DNA of 64,000 nt. It comes from Escherichia coli. GTDB lineage: Bacteria; Pseudomonadota; Gammaproteobacteria; Enterobacterales; Enterobacteriaceae. The stretch lies in NCBI RefSeq assembly GCF_003334355.1, contig NZ_QOWP01000006.1; one strand, 5' to 3'. Below are positions 44,722-56,096 of this stretch, piece after piece (the stretch's first letter is position 1; the number at the start of each line of letters is the position of its first letter). The notes under the pieces were generated by a model. That model saw only the letters and a program-made list of their open reading frames with translations. It did not search any database and was not told the origin of the DNA. Both the position numbers and the translations under genes were made by a program.

Positions 44722-46596
44722 TCAGGAAACCAGCAGCTGGTTCATACGACGAATAAACAGGTTCGGATCTTCCAGCGTGCCGCGTTCTGCCAGCAGCGCC
44801 TGATCCAGCAGCAGTTCTACCCACTCGCTGAACTTCGCTTCATCTTCAGTATCTGCCGCACGTTTCACCAGTACGTGATCCGGGTTCAGTTCGAAGATGT
44901 ATTTCACTTCTGGCACTTTCTGGCCCGCCGCAGCGAACAGTTTCGCCATCTGAGTGCTCATTTCGTCCGCGTCGGTCGAAACGATCGCTGGCGTATCGGT
45001 CAGACGGTGAGTCAGACGGACATCTTTCACGCGCTCGCCGAGCAGGGCTTTCACACGGTCGATGAACGGAGTCAGTGCTTTCTCCGCTTCTTTCGCGCTC
45101 TCATCAACTTCGTCAGCCAGTTTTTCAAGCGACTCGTCAACTTTAGACACCGACTGGAACGGTTTACCGTCGAACTCAGTCAGATAGTTCATCATCCACT
45201 CATCGATGCGGTCGGAAAGCAGCAGAACTTCGATGCCTTTCTTACGCAGCAGTTCCAGGTGCGGGCTGCTCTTCGCTGCCGCATAGCTGTCTGCGGTGAT
45301 GTAGTAGATTTTCTCCTGCCCTTCTTTCATGCGGGAAACGTAGTCTTCCAGAGATACGGTCTGCGCAGAAGAATCGGTATGGGTAGAAGCAAAACGCAGC
45401 AGTTTGGCGATCGCTTCCTGGTTAGCGAAATCTTCCGCCGGACCTTCTTTCAGTACCAGGCCAAACTGTTGCCAGAAGGTCTGGTATTTTTCCGCGTCGT
45501 CTTTCGCCAGTTTTTCCAGCATTTGCAGCACACGCTTGGTCAGCGCATTGCGCAGGTTACGCGTTACCGTGCTGTCCTGGAGGATTTCACGGGAAACGTT
45601 CAGCGGCAGATCGCTGGAGTCAATCAGACCACGCACGAAGCGCAGATAGTTCGGCATGAACTGTTCTGCGTCGTCCATGATGAACACACGCTGAACATAC
45701 AGTTTCAGGCCGTGTTTATGATCGCGGTTCCACATATCCCACGGAGCCTGGGACGGGATGTACAGCAGGCTGGTGTACTCCTGCTTACCTTCAACACGGT
45801 TGTGGCTCCAGGTCAGCGGATCATTAAAGTCGTGGGCGATGTGTTTGTAGAACTCTTTGTACTCTTCATCGGTGATTTCCGACTTGTTACGAGTCCACAA
45901 CGCCTGCGCTTTGTTGATTTTCTCCCAGGAGATAACGGTTTCGCCGTCTTTCTCTTCGCGTTTTTCGATCTCTACCGGCAGCGCGATATGGTCGGAGTAT
46001 TTGCTGATGATGGAACGCACGCGCCAGTCATCGAGGAACTCGTCTTCGCCTTCACGCAGATGCAGGGTGATTTCAGTACCACGATCTTCTTTGGTGATGT
46101 CGGCAACGGTATATTCACCTTCGCCAGCCGATTCCCAGAAGACGCCGTTTTCTGGTTTTTCGCCTGCCGCGCGAGTACGCACGGTCACTTTGTCGGCCAC
46201 GATAAACGCAGAGTAGAAACCAACACCAAACTGACCGATCAGCTGGCTGTCTTTCGCCTGGTCAGAACCCAGGGATTCGAGGAATGATTTGGTACCGGAT
46301 TTAGCGATAGTCCCCAGATGGTCAATCACTTCGTCGCGGGTCATCCCCACGCCGTTATCGGAGATGGTCAGCGTACGCTTGTCTTTATCGAAAGAGACAC
46401 GAACGCGTAGTTCGCCATCACCTTCGTACAGGTCCGGGTTAGAGAGCGCACGGAAACGCAGCTTGTCCGCCGCATCGGAGGCGTTAGAGATAAGCTCACG
46501 CAGGAAGATTTCTTTATTGGAATAGAGAGAATGGATCATCAGGTGCAGAAGCTGTTTCACTTCTGACTGAAAACCACGAGTTTCTTGTCCTTTCAT
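44722..46596 (-). CDS. htpG: Hsp90-family chaperone HtpG (624 aa)
   Basis: [46 protein letters not shown] ATPase motifs. Confidence 0.97.
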   Translation of the reverse strand: MKGQETRGFQSEVKQLLHLMIHSLYSNKEIFLRELISNASDAADKLRFRALSNPDLYEGDGELRVRVSFDKDKRTLTISDNGVGMTRDEVIDHLGTIAKSGTKSFLESLGSDQAKDSQLIGQFGVGFYSAFIVADKVTVRTRAAGEKPENGVFWESAGEGEYTVADITKEDRGTEITLHLREGEDEFLDDWRVRSIISKYSDHIALPVEIEKREEKDGETVISWEKINKAQALWTRNKSEITDEEYKEFYKHIAHDFNDPLTWSHNRVEGKQEYTSLLYIPSQAPWDMWNRDHKHGLKLYVQRVFIMDDAEQFMPNYLRFVRGLIDSSDLPLNVSREILQDSTVTRNLRNALTKRVLQMLEKLAKDDAEKYQTFWQQFGLVLKEGPAEDFANQEAIAKLLRFASTHTDSSAQTVSLEDYVSRMKEGQEKIYYITADSYAAAKSSPHLELLRKKGIEVLLLSDRIDEWMMNYLTEFDGKPFQSVSKVDESLEKLADEVDESAKEAEKALTPFIDRVKALLGERVKDVRLTHRLTDTPAIVSTDADEMSTQMAKLFAAAGQKVPEVKYIFELNPDHVLVKRAADTEDEAKFSEWVELLLDQALLAERGTLEDPNLFIRRMNQLLVS

Positions 46597-46647
46597 GTAG
46601 GTCTACCTCAATAATGCCATTTTAAGGTTAAAAACAGGATGTGGGAG

Positions 46648-46676
46648 AGATGGGGACAAGGGAGAATAATTTCAAG
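46648..46676 (-). promoter_or_regulatory. Sigma-32 heat-shock promoter of htpG
   Basis: Minus strand CTTGAAA (46670-46676), 14-nt spacer, CCCCATCT (46648-46655). Confidence 0.7.
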
Positions 46677-46705
46677 CGAGAGCAGGTGATCCTGCTCTCG
46701 TTTGC

Positions 46706-47310
46706 TTAAAAACGAATCTTATGACGCCCGGCAAGGGAGTGTGACAACGTGGTGCCGTCGACCATTTCCAGCTCGCCGCCAACCGGAACGCCATGAGCGA
46801 TTCGGCTGGCTTCCACGTCATATTGCGCGCAAAGCTCGGCAATGTAGTTAGCGGTAGCTTCACCTTCAACCGTGGGGTTGGTGGCGAGGATCACTTCAGT
46901 GATTTTTTCCTCTGCCAGACGCTGTTCCAGACGATCAAGCCCGATATCATCCGGACCGATGCCGTCCAGCGGTGACAGATGCCCCATCAACACAAAATAA
47001 CGACCTGAAAACTGCCCCGTCTGCTCAATGGCGTAGATGTCCGCCGGACTCTCCACCACGCAGATTTGACCGTTTTCCTGACGACGCGGATTCGAACAGA
47101 TGTTACAGACTTCCTGTTCGGTGAAAGTGCGGCAATCGGCGCAGTGGCCGATTTCCGACATCGCCCGGGTGAGCGCCTGCGCCAGACGCATCCCGCCGCT
47201 ACGATCGCGCTGAAGCAGCGTGAACGCCATACGCTGCGCCGACTTCGGGCCAACGCCCGGCAGACAGCGCAGTGCTTCCATAAGCTGTGTTAACAGCGGG
47301 CTGGTTTGCA

Positions 47311-47311
<1 letters not shown>
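46706..47311 (-). CDS. recR: Recombination protein RecR (201 aa)
   Basis: C4 zinc finger CRHCGN...C and Toprim domain. Confidence 0.95.
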
Positions 47312-47655
<344 letters not shown>

Positions 47656-47692
47656 TCACGTTAAGGATGACGAACGTAAGCTGTGCTTACGA

Positions 47693-49624
47693 TCAAATGG
47701 GGCGGATACTGTCTTCATCCAGCTCCGCATCGAAGAATCGACGCAGGGTCTGAATATTATTATCCGCAATAATGGACTCGCGCGCCTGCGCAAGTTTTTC
47801 TTCGTATATCGCCTGACGCCATTCCAGCGGCGTACGCACCGCGGGATTATCATCTTCAACGATAGTCAGTTCAACCGTTGAACCTTTTAACGTGCTCAAC
47901 GCTTCAGCCAGTTTTTGCTGTGCACCGCGGTTGTTCAAATGCCGCTGAGAGGTGCGCAAATGCAGACATACTGCGTTGTCGCTCTCCTCTTTCCAGGCAT
48001 TTAAGGCCACCTGTTCGACCAGTTTTGGTAGCGAAAGTTGGCTAACCTGTGCCGCCCACGCGTCGCGCTCAATGGCTTCTGCCGCCAGCTTCGCCGCCAG
48101 TTCCGGCGTTTTTTCATGTTCCAGCGCTTTTTTCAGCGCCTTCGGCGTGGCGACCACTTCTTTTTGCTGCATCACCGGAGTGGTCGCCTTCCAGCGATAC
48201 GCTTCTTTTTTAGCTGGCGCTTTTTCCAGCGCCGATGGCACCGGACGCGCCTGAACGCGATCGGTGACCGAAGCCAGTCTTTCCAGCGCAGCGTTATTCA
48301 CCGGCCGCGCGCGGGTAGCGGCTGCCGGTTCACTCTTTTTTGCTTTGGTTGCTCCCTGCACGCGCTGCAACTGCTGGCGCGCCGCCAGCACCTGGCTGGT
48401 GGTTTCCGGGAGCGGTACAGTCGGAGCCTGCTGCGGCGCTGATTGCGGTTGCGGCGGCACCTGGGTTGGCGTCATTACTGCCGTTGGTGCGACAGGTGCA
48501 AAGGACTGGCGTGGCACTTCTGGCTCAGGCAGCGGCATACGCGGATGGAATGCCAGCGCGCGCAGCAGCGTCATCTCAACGCCCATGCGGCGGTCCGGCG
48601 CATACGGTAATTCTTTGCGACCAATCAACAGCGTCTGATAGTAAAGCTGAATATCCGTCGGCGGTATGGTGCGCGCCAGTTCACGCATCCGCAGCTCGAT
48701 GGCGGCCATGTCGTTGCCAAGTGCAGCAGGCGAAAGTTGTACCATCGCAATACGATGCAACAGACCGAGCATTTCCACCAGCAACGCTTCCCACTCGATA
48801 CCACGGGCAGCGGCTTCATTAATCAGCGCCATTACGCGCTCGCCGTTGGCCTCGACCATCGCTTCAACCAGCGACAGCGCCTGATCGTCGTCAAGCGTAC
48901 CCAGCATCGCACTGACCGCCTGGGTTGAAACCTGGCCGTCACCGCTGGCAATCGCCTGGTCGGTCAGACTTAAGGCATCTCGCAGGCTGCCTTCAGCGGC
49001 GCGCGCCAGCAATTGCAACGCCCGCGGCTCGTGAGCGATATGTTCTTCGTTGAGGATGTGCTCAAGCTGATGGCGAATTTGCTCGACATCCAGCGCCTTG
49101 AGATGAAATTGCAGACAGCGTGACAAAATCGTCACCGGCAATTTCTGTGGATCGGTCGTCGCCAGCAGAAACTTAACGTGCTCCGGCGGCTCTTCAAGGG
49201 TTTTTAACAGTGCGTTAAAGCTGTGGCGCGACAGCATATGCACTTCGTCGATCAGATAAACTTTGAAACGACCACGCGCCGGAGCGTACTGGACGTTATC
49301 CAGCAGGTCGCGGGTATCTTCAACTTTGGTGCGCGAGGCGGCGTCGATTTCAATCAGATCGACAAAGCGCCCCTGCTCGATTTCACGACAGTTATCGCAC
49401 ACGCCGCACGGCGTCGCGGTAATGCCGGTTTCGCAGTTTAGCCCCTTCGCCAGCAGTCGGGCGATAGAGGTTTTTCCGACGCCACGGGTGCCGGAAAAAA
49501 GATAAGCATGATGAATACGCCCTAACGACAAGCCGTTCGCCAGTGCGGTCAGCACATGTTCCTGGCCGACGACGTCAGCAAAGGTTTGTGGGCGCCATTT
49601 TCGGGCTAAGACCTGATAACTCAT
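47693..49624 (-). CDS. dnaX: DNA polymerase III tau subunit DnaX (643 aa); gamma made by frameshift
   Basis: AAA+ Walker A GTRGVGKTS; 643 aa. Confidence 0.97.
   Translation of the reverse strand: MSYQVLARKWRPQTFADVVGQEHVLTALANGLSLGRIHHAYLFSGTRGVGKTSIARLLAKGLNCETGITATPCGVCDNCREIEQGRFVDLIEIDAASRTKVEDTRDLLDNVQYAPARGRFKVYLIDEVHMLSRHSFNALLKTLEEPPEHVKFLLATTDPQKLPVTILSRCLQFHLKALDVEQIRHQLEHILNEEHIAHEPRALQLLARAAEGSLRDALSLTDQAIASGDGQVSTQAVSAMLGTLDDDQALSLVEAMVEANGERVMALINEAAARGIEWEALLVEMLGLLHRIAMVQLSPAALGNDMAAIELRMRELARTIPPTDIQLYYQTLLIGRKELPYAPDRRMGVEMTLLRALAFHPRMPLPEPEVPRQSFAPVAPTAVMTPTQVPPQPQSAPQQAPTVPLPETTSQVLAARQQLQRVQGATKAKKSEPAAATRARPVNNAALERLASVTDRVQARPVPSALEKAPAKKEAYRWKATTPVMQQKEVVATPKALKKALEHEKTPELAAKLAAEAIERDAWAAQVSQLSLPKLVEQVALNAWKEESDNAVCLHLRTSQRHLNNRGAQQKLAEALSTLKGSTVELTIVEDDNPAVRTPLEWRQAIYEEKLAQARESIIADNNIQTLRRFFDAELDEDSIRPI
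48301..48354 (-). other. dnaX: dnaX programmed -1 frameshift cassette (A AAA AAG, downstream stem-loop, upstream AGGGAG)
   Basis: Plus strand shows CTTTTTT at 48335-48341; palindrome CCGGCCGCGCGCGGGTAGCGGCTGCCGG at 48301-48328; -1 frame gives ...KKE then UGA. Confidence 0.85.
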
Positions 49625-49752
49625 TGGCAGGCTCTGAAACGCTGGAAGGTGGATTCACGAAGGGGTAATGCTAACACAGCCCCGTCAGAACGGCGAGGCT
49701 GAATGCACATCTTGTGCTGTCCGTAGCGTGGGCAGCACAAGACTGGCGATAA

Positions 49753-50304
49753 TTAATGGCCCGGGAACGGGACAAGGCTGTAGCTGGTAATGCCCTGTTT
49801 TTCGAGACGCTGTTCGCCGCCGAGATCGAACAGGTTGATAATGAACGCAGCGTCAGCCACTTCACCACCCAGACGACGGATCAGTTTAACGGTCGCTTCG
49901 ATAGTGCCGCCGGTTGCCAGCAGATCGTCCACCACCAGAACTTTGTCGCCCGGTTTGATGGCATCAACGTGGATCTCCAGCTGATCGGTGCCGTATTCCA
50001 GATCGTAAGTTTCACTGATAGTTTCACGCGGCAGTTTGCCCGGTTTACGGACCGGCACAAAGCCAACGCCCAGACCCAGAGCTACCGGAGCGCCAAACAA
50101 GAAGCCACGCGCTTCGGTGCCGACAACTTTGGTAATGCCCGCATTTTTGTAACGCTCAACCAGCAAGTCGATGCTGAGAGCGTAAGCTTTCGGGTCTTCC
50201 AGTAAGCTGGTGACATCGCGGAAAAGAATGCCGGGTTTTGGGTAGTCCTGAATGCTTTTGATGCTATTTTTGAGATACTCAAGCTGCTGTGCAGTCGCGG
50301 TCAT
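49753..50304 (-). CDS. apt: Adenine phosphoribosyltransferase Apt (183 aa)
   Basis: PRPP-binding motif [13 protein letters not shown]; start trimmed to [11 protein letters not shown]. Confidence 0.93.
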
Positions 50305-50456
50305 AAGTGTATGCCTGCTTGTTACGGTGGTACTCACGGCGCGTTTTAAACGTATCAAAAGTAACAGTTGTTTAACCTTTGACCGCCTGCGCCTGTGCTC
50401 GAAAACGCCAGAATGTACTGGCTGTACGCAATAATTGCAACTGCGATTGTTGTGCT

Positions 50457-50834
50457 TCAGTGCTTTTCTTGCTTTTCATCAATCACCGGAATTCGCCACA
50501 TATAGAAAAGCAAACAGGCGAGAATTACCAGCAACATGATGCGCACCCATGGCATCTGGACGAACCACAGAGAAATGGCAAACGTGAGCAAAATAAGCAA
50601 AATCGCCCGCGGTTTGACGCCGCGCGGCATCGCATGATGTTTCTGCCAGAAACGTAGATAGCTGCCAAACCATGAGCGGTACAGCAACCAGGCGTGAAAG
50701 CGCGGGGAAGAACGGGCAAAGCACCAGGCCGCCAGCAGGATAAACGGCGTCGTCGGTAATACCGGTAATACCACGCCCAGCGTACCCAGCACTACCGCCA
50801 GCCAGCCAATGATGATTAAAATGATTCGTTGCAT
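50457..50834 (-). CDS. ybaN: DUF454 inner-membrane protein YbaN (125 aa)
   Basis: 125-aa hydrophobic ORF divergent from priC. Confidence 0.85.
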
Positions 50835-50903
50835 ATTGAGTGTTGTCAGCTTACAGAGTGGCTACTTTAGCATAACAATTATCATTTTCATTGAGGTCTT
50901 ATC

Positions 50904-51431
50904 GTGAAAACCGCCCTGCTGCTGGAAAAACTGGAAGGACAGCTCGCTACGCTGCGTCAGCGTTGTGCCCCGGTGTCACAGTTCGCCACGCTAAGTGCTC
51001 GTTTCGACAGGCATCTTTTTCAGACTCGTGCGACAACACTACAGGCTTGTCTCGACGAGGCGGGCGATAATCTGGCTGCGCTTCGTCATGCAGTTGAGCA
51101 GCAACAGCTGCCGCAAGTGGCCTGGCTGGCGGAACATCTGGCGGCACAACTGGAAGCCATCGCGCGTGAAGCCTCCGCCTGGTCATTGCGCGAGTGGGAC
51201 AGTGCGCCACCGAAAATTGCCCGCTGGCAGCGTAAACGTATTCAGCATCAGGATTTTGAGCGGCGGCTACGTGAGATGGTTGCCGAACGCAGAGCCCGCC
51301 TGGTGCGGGTGACCGATCTCGTGGAACAGCAAACGCTGCATCGTGAAGTGGAAGCCTATGAAGCGCGCCTGGCACGCTGCCGCCATGCGCTGGAAAAAAT
51401 CGAAAACAGGCTAGCGCGCTTAACCCGCTAG
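50904..51431 (+). CDS. priC: Primosomal replication protein N'' PriC (175 aa)
   Basis: 175-aa basic [23 protein letters not shown]... Confidence 0.88.
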   Translation: MKTALLLEKLEGQLATLRQRCAPVSQFATLSARFDRHLFQTRATTLQACLDEAGDNLAALRHAVEQQQLPQVAWLAEHLAAQLEAIAREASAWSLREWDSAPPKIARWQRKRIQHQDFERRLREMVAERRARLVRVTDLVEQQTLHREVEAYEARLARCRHALEKIENRLARLTR

Positions 51432-51444
51432 CAATGGAGAGAGT

Positions 51445-51606
51445 ATGTCACTTGAAAATGCCCCTGACGATGTCAAACTGGCTGTCGATTTGATTGTGCT
51501 GCTGGAAGAAAATCAGATCCCAGCCCGCACCGTGCTGCGCGCGCTGGATATTGTAAAACGCGATTATGAAAAGAAATTAACGCGCGATGATGAGGCGGAA
51601 AAGTGA
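51445..51606 (+). CDS. ybaM: Small protein YbaM (53 aa, DUF2496)
   Basis: ATG 51445 encodes [53 protein letters not shown]; below the 60-aa track cutoff. Confidence 0.75.
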   Translation: MSLENAPDDVKLAVDLIVLLEENQIPARTVLRALDIVKRDYEKKLTRDDEAEK

Positions 51607-51659
51607 GAAATAAATGGGGCCGCTAAATGTCCCCTAAGATTGTGGGCAAACGCAAAACT

Positions 51660-51758
51660 GCCTGATGCGCTACGCTTATCAGGCCTACACCGCTCCTGCA
51701 ATATATTGAATTCTTGCGGTTTCGTAGGCCGGATAAGGCGGTCACGCCGCATCCGGCA
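51660..51758. repeat. REP pair between convergent ybaM and mscK
   Basis: GCCTGATGCGCTACGCTTATCAGGCCTAC and GTAGGCCGGATAAGGCGGTCACGCCGCATCCGGCA. Confidence 0.8.
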
Positions 51759-51817
51759 TGAACAACGCGCACTTTGTCAGTAATCTCGGGGCAACTAAAT
51801 GTCGCCCCCTTTGGTTA

Positions 51818-54800
51818 TTACCCAACCGCTGGTGTCGGATCGTCGCCTTTGTAGTCGCGTTTTACTTCCGTCACCTCATCGCCCTTCTCGTTGTGCAGAT
51901 GCACTTCAAGCTGGTTAAAGGCAATGTTGATGTCGTTTTCACGGCACAGCTGATCGATAGTACGGTTCAGCTCATCGACAGTACGACTACGGTCACGCAG
52001 TTCACGCACATACAGACGCAGCTCATGATCCAACGTGCTGGCACCAAACGCCGTAAAGAAGACTTCCGGCATTGGTTCGTGCATCACTCTTGGGTGCTCA
52101 GTCGCCGCCTTCAGTAACACTTTACGCACTTTTTCCAGATCGGAGCCATAGGCTACGCCGAGACGGATCACCAGACGCGTAGTAGTGTCAGTCAACGACC
52201 AGTTGATCAGACGCTCGGTAACAAACGCTTTGTTCGGGATGATCACTTCTTTGCGATCGAAATCGGTAATCGTTGTCGCACGAATACGGATCTTACTTAC
52301 CGTCCCCGAGAAGCTACCAATGGTTACCGTATCGCCAATACGCACCGGACGTTCGAATAGAATGATCAAACCGGAGACGAAGTTACCGAAAATTTCTTGT
52401 AAACCAAAACCAAGACCTACGGATAATGCTGCGGCCAGCCACTGGAGTTTATCCCAAGAGACGCCCAGCGATCCGAACACCGTCATCGCACCAACAGCAA
52501 TAATGATGTAGTTAAGGATGGTAGTAATGGCATACGACGCGCCCTGGCGCATATTCAGTCGCGAGAGCACCAGCACTTCCAGTAAACCAGGCAGGTTGCG
52601 AATCAACGCCCAGGCCACCATTGAGGCGATAATCGCAAACAACAGACTGCCCATGGTGACGTTTTTCACCACCGCAGCGCCAGCTTCAGTGCCGTTGTAA
52701 TGCCAGAGCGTGATGCTGTCGAGATAGCTGAACACGGTGATCAAATCGGACCAAATTGCCCAGAACATGACACCGAACAGCGCAAACATCAGCAACATGG
52801 TAATACGCAGCGTCTGCTGGTTAACTTGCTCCAGTGCAATGGTGGGTTCTTCCGGCGGTTCAGCACCTTCTGCGCCCTCTTTCACCAGATTCTGCCGACG
52901 CGCCAGCGCACGACGCCAGGCGATACGCCGCGCCGCTACGCTTAAGCCACGCAGTACCGTCTGGTACAGCAGGTTCCAGATGATCACCAGATAAACGGTT
53001 TCAATCCAGCGTCCTGCCAGACGCAGCGTAGTGTAGAAGTAGCCTGTAGCAGTCAGCACCATCAGCGCAATCGGGATTATCGACAGCACGGTAATGGTGA
53101 CCAGTCGCATGGTGTGCGACTCTTTATCACGCCAGCTTTCGCGGCACATCGGCCATACCAGGAAGGCAATCAGCAGCAGGTTGAAGAAAATCATCGCTTG
53201 CCCCAGCACATCATCCATCAGATGCAGCGGGGAAAGTTCTGCCACCACAGACCAGAAATGGATAGGCAGCAATGCGAGACTGATGCGGACAATTTGCCGA
53301 CGCCAGTGGCTGGTCTGCTGTTCCGGCATGCCGAAGTGACGTACGGCAACGCCGTTTTTCTCCAGTACCTTCCAGCACAGGCCAAACACCAGCCAGAATA
53401 TCGCCAGTTTTTTGCTGAACGACCATAGCAGTTCGCTGATGTTGAGCTGCATGGTCAACAGAATCAGGCCAACCGCGAGAATAATCAGGCACACCGGCAG
53501 CGCACGGATCAGGTCGATAAGGATCGCTTTTGGTGTGTTGAGCTGGCTGTCGTTACGCAGGGAACCCACAGCGGAAGCCAGTTTTTGTTGATACGCTTTC
53601 AGCCAGCCCAGACGCCAGTGGATCAGCCCGGCAATCAACAGCAGCGGCAAACCAGCGAGGAAAGCGATAAAAACGGCGGGCCAGGCTTTTTGCCAGTTCA
53701 CCGTGATTTTCATCGACTTAAATTCATCTTTCAGGCTTTGCGGGAACGCTTTGATCCAGTCCCAGTCCATTGGACGGTTACTGTTCACCCAAAAGATTTG
53801 CTGAGTCAGGATGGATTTCAGGTTTTTCGACACACTCATTAACTGCTGCTGGTTGATTTGCAGGTTAATGGCCATCATCAGCTGGTTACCCAACTGTTTG
53901 TTGAGTTGATCCAGCAATTCGCGACGCATATCAACCACTTGCAATAACGCATCGTGAACTTCGCTGTTGACTTCGTTGGTGTGACCTTCTTCCAGTTTGT
54001 TGACGAACGCATCGCTCTGGAAGAGTGCATCACGCTGCTGGTTAACTTCAAACTGTTCGAGACGCAAATCCGCGATGCGGTTGGTCATGTTTTCCAGTTC
54101 ATCCGCCGAGGGCAGCGTTTGTTGTTGCTGGTAAAGGATACGAGACAACAGCAGGCTGCCCTTCAGGACGGCAATCTGCTCTTTAATATTGCGTTCCGAT
54201 TGCAGCGCCCGCTCCAGCCAGTTTTTGACTTTAATGTTTTGCTGCATCAACTGATTACCGTTTTCAGTCGCGGTAATCAGACGCTGACTTAACTGCTGGT
54301 TAATTTCCAGTTCCTGCTTCACCAGCGGATTAGCCTGAATACGCGCGGCTTCATCCGGGGAGACGGCTTCCTGCGCCGTTTTTTCGGTTAAAGTCAGGCG
54401 CTTGCTGTTTACCGCTTCTTGCAACAGTTGTAACTGGTGCTCCAGACGAGCGCTGTTCGCCGTCACGTAATCACGTTGCTTTTGCAAGGTATCCTGCAAG
54501 ACGGTGTTCCCTTCCAGGCTTTTACGCTGCTGGTCAATCTCCGCATTCAGCAACGCCTGCTGGGCCTGCATTAACACTTTCTGGCTGGGACGTAAGGCTG
54601 TCTCGCCGACATCAGTCCCATCCAGACGACTGCGAATTTGTTGCAGCTGCTGCGAAGCGTTATACATCGCATTTTGCACGCGTTCGGGCTGCGTCTGTAA
54701 CGAAACCAGCTGGCTGTTATAAGACGCCAGATCGTTTTGTGCGTTTTGCAAATCGTCCAGCGCCTGGGCAACGCGAGTTTCCAGCTGGCGCAACGAAAGC

Positions 54801-55180
54801 GTGCTCAGAATTTTGCGCGTTTCTTCGTCGTTATCGACATCGCTAAGTGCTGTTAACGCCGCGGTCGCCTGGCGCATTTTTTCCGGCGCTTCAGCGACTT
54901 TTTGCCGTAGCTGAACTGTCTCTTCTTTTATGCGATCGATTTTATCGAGGGTGGCTAATGTATCTGTCAGATCCTGCTGCACCAGTTTGTCCTGAGCAGA
55001 AAGATCTTTTTGTTTATTTAGTGAGTCAAGTTGCGCCTGCAGGTCCGCTTTTGTCGGCAGATCACCATTCGATGACGCCCGCGCAAACGCCGTGTTCTGG
55101 CATAACAAGACAAAAACAAAAGCAATAAATGCTGAAAAAACAAAATGCCGTGATCGTTTGTAATACTGGAACATAGTCAT
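51818..55180 (-). CDS. mscK: Potassium-dependent mechanosensitive channel MscK/KefA (1120 aa)
   Basis: Signal peptide, long coiled-coil periplasmic domain, multi-TM region and MscS-like C-terminus. Confidence 0.95.
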   Translation of the reverse strand: MTMFQYYKRSRHFVFSAFIAFVFVLLCQNTAFARASSNGDLPTKADLQAQLDSLNKQKDLSAQDKLVQQDLTDTLATLDKIDRIKEETVQLRQKVAEAPEKMRQATAALTALSDVDNDEETRKILSTLSLRQLETRVAQALDDLQNAQNDLASYNSQLVSLQTQPERVQNAMYNASQQLQQIRSRLDGTDVGETALRPSQKVLMQAQQALLNAEIDQQRKSLEGNTVLQDTLQKQRDYVTANSARLEHQLQLLQEAVNSKRLTLTEKTAQEAVSPDEAARIQANPLVKQELEINQQLSQRLITATENGNQLMQQNIKVKNWLERALQSERNIKEQIAVLKGSLLLSRILYQQQQTLPSADELENMTNRIADLRLEQFEVNQQRDALFQSDAFVNKLEEGHTNEVNSEVHDALLQVVDMRRELLDQLNKQLGNQLMMAINLQINQQQLMSVSKNLKSILTQQIFWVNSNRPMDWDWIKAFPQSLKDEFKSMKITVNWQKAWPAVFIAFLAGLPLLLIAGLIHWRLGWLKAYQQKLASAVGSLRNDSQLNTPKAILIDLIRALPVCLIILAVGLILLTMQLNISELLWSFSKKLAIFWLVFGLCWKVLEKNGVAVRHFGMPEQQTSHWRRQIVRISLALLPIHFWSVVAELSPLHLMDDVLGQAMIFFNLLLIAFLVWPMCRESWRDKESHTMRLVTITVLSIIPIALMVLTATGYFYTTLRLAGRWIETVYLVIIWNLLYQTVLRGLSVAARRIAWRRALARRQNLVKEGAEGAEPPEEPTIALEQVNQQTLRITMLLMFALFGVMFWAIWSDLITVFSYLDSITLWHYNGTEAGAAVVKNVTMGSLLFAIIASMVAWALIRNLPGLLEVLVLSRLNMRQGASYAITTILNYIIIAVGAMTVFGSLGVSWDKLQWLAAALSVGLGFGLQEIFGNFVSGLIILFERPVRIGDTVTIGSFSGTVSKIRIRATTITDFDRKEVIIPNKAFVTERLINWSLTDTTTRLVIRLGVAYGSDLEKVRKVLLKAATEHPRVMHEPMPEVFFTAFGASTLDHELRLYVRELRDRSRTVDELNRTIDQLCRENDINIAFNQLEVHLHNEKGDEVTEVKRDYKGDDPTPAVG

Positions 55181-55307
55181 GATGAATGAAGGTTTCTGAA
55201 CCTGAAGAACGACCTGAAAAAGTCAAACCGCAAGAATATCACGACGCAGTGAACCAGAATAGCAACGACGAAAATGTCCAGGAAAAATCCTGGAGTCAGA
55301 TTCAGGG

Positions 55308-55955
55308 TTATTCGTTAGTGGCAGGATTACGAAGCGTGGGGCACAGGAGATACATCTCCAGTAAGATGGCAACGTAATCGCGGGCTTCTTTTTTAAGATC
55401 AAAAGATTGCGGGGCAAAGAGCCAGTTTTCCATCAGGCCGGAAATATAGCCGCGCATAATAATTGCTGCGCGACGCGTCATTAAATCCGCAGGCAACATT
55501 TTCGCTTCAATACAATGTTTTAACGTTTGTTCTATACGGTCATAACTTTCCAGACAGAGATTACGTTGTGCCTGTTGCACAACAGCCATTTCTCCGACAA
55601 ATTCGCATTTGTGGAATATAATCTCCATCAATAATCGACGCCGTTCTTCTGTCACCGTGGATTCAAGAACATGAATTAATATCTCTCTTAATACTGAGAG
55701 TGGATCGCCAGGGAATTTTGCCTGATACTCAAGCTCTAGTTCACCAATATTGGATTCTGACAGTTCCCAGATCTCACTGAACAAATCCGACTTGTCTTTA
55801 AAATGCCAGTAGATTGCACCGCGCGTAACGCCAGCTGCTTTTGCAATCTCGCCCAGCGAGGTGGATGATACCCCCTGCTGTGAGAAAAGACGTAGAGCCA
55901 CATCGAGGATGTGTTGGCGCGTTTCTTGCGCTTCTTGTTTGGTTTTTCGTGCCAT
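55308..55955 (-). CDS. acrR: TetR-family repressor AcrR (215 aa)
   Basis: [52 protein letters not shown]. Confidence 0.95.
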
Positions 55956-55983
55956 ATGTTCGTGAATTTACAGGCGTTAGATT

Positions 55984-56007
55984 TACATACATTTGTGAAT
56001 GTATGTA
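55984..56007. promoter_or_regulatory. AcrR operator (24-bp palindrome TACATACATTTGTGAATGTATGTA) in acrR-acrAB promoter region
   Basis: Near-perfect inverted repeat in the divergent intergenic region. Confidence 0.8.
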
Positions 56008-56096
56008 CCATAGCACGACGATAATATAAACGCAGCAATGGGTTTATTAACTTTTGACCATTGACCAATTTGAAATCGGACACTCGAGGTTTACAT

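Noticed and set aside
44695-46287. 530-aa ORF antisense to htpG
   Set aside because: It lies entirely inside htpG on the opposite strand and is rich in F/R/Q/V, typical of a codon-bias shadow frame; no SD or promoter context. Smaller shadows of the same kind occur inside gsk (40544-41272), hemH (42842-43450), acrA (56160-56807), acrB (58738-59439), cnoX (23762-24562), copA (32408-33055), ushA (35875-36531) and allB (8557-9054).
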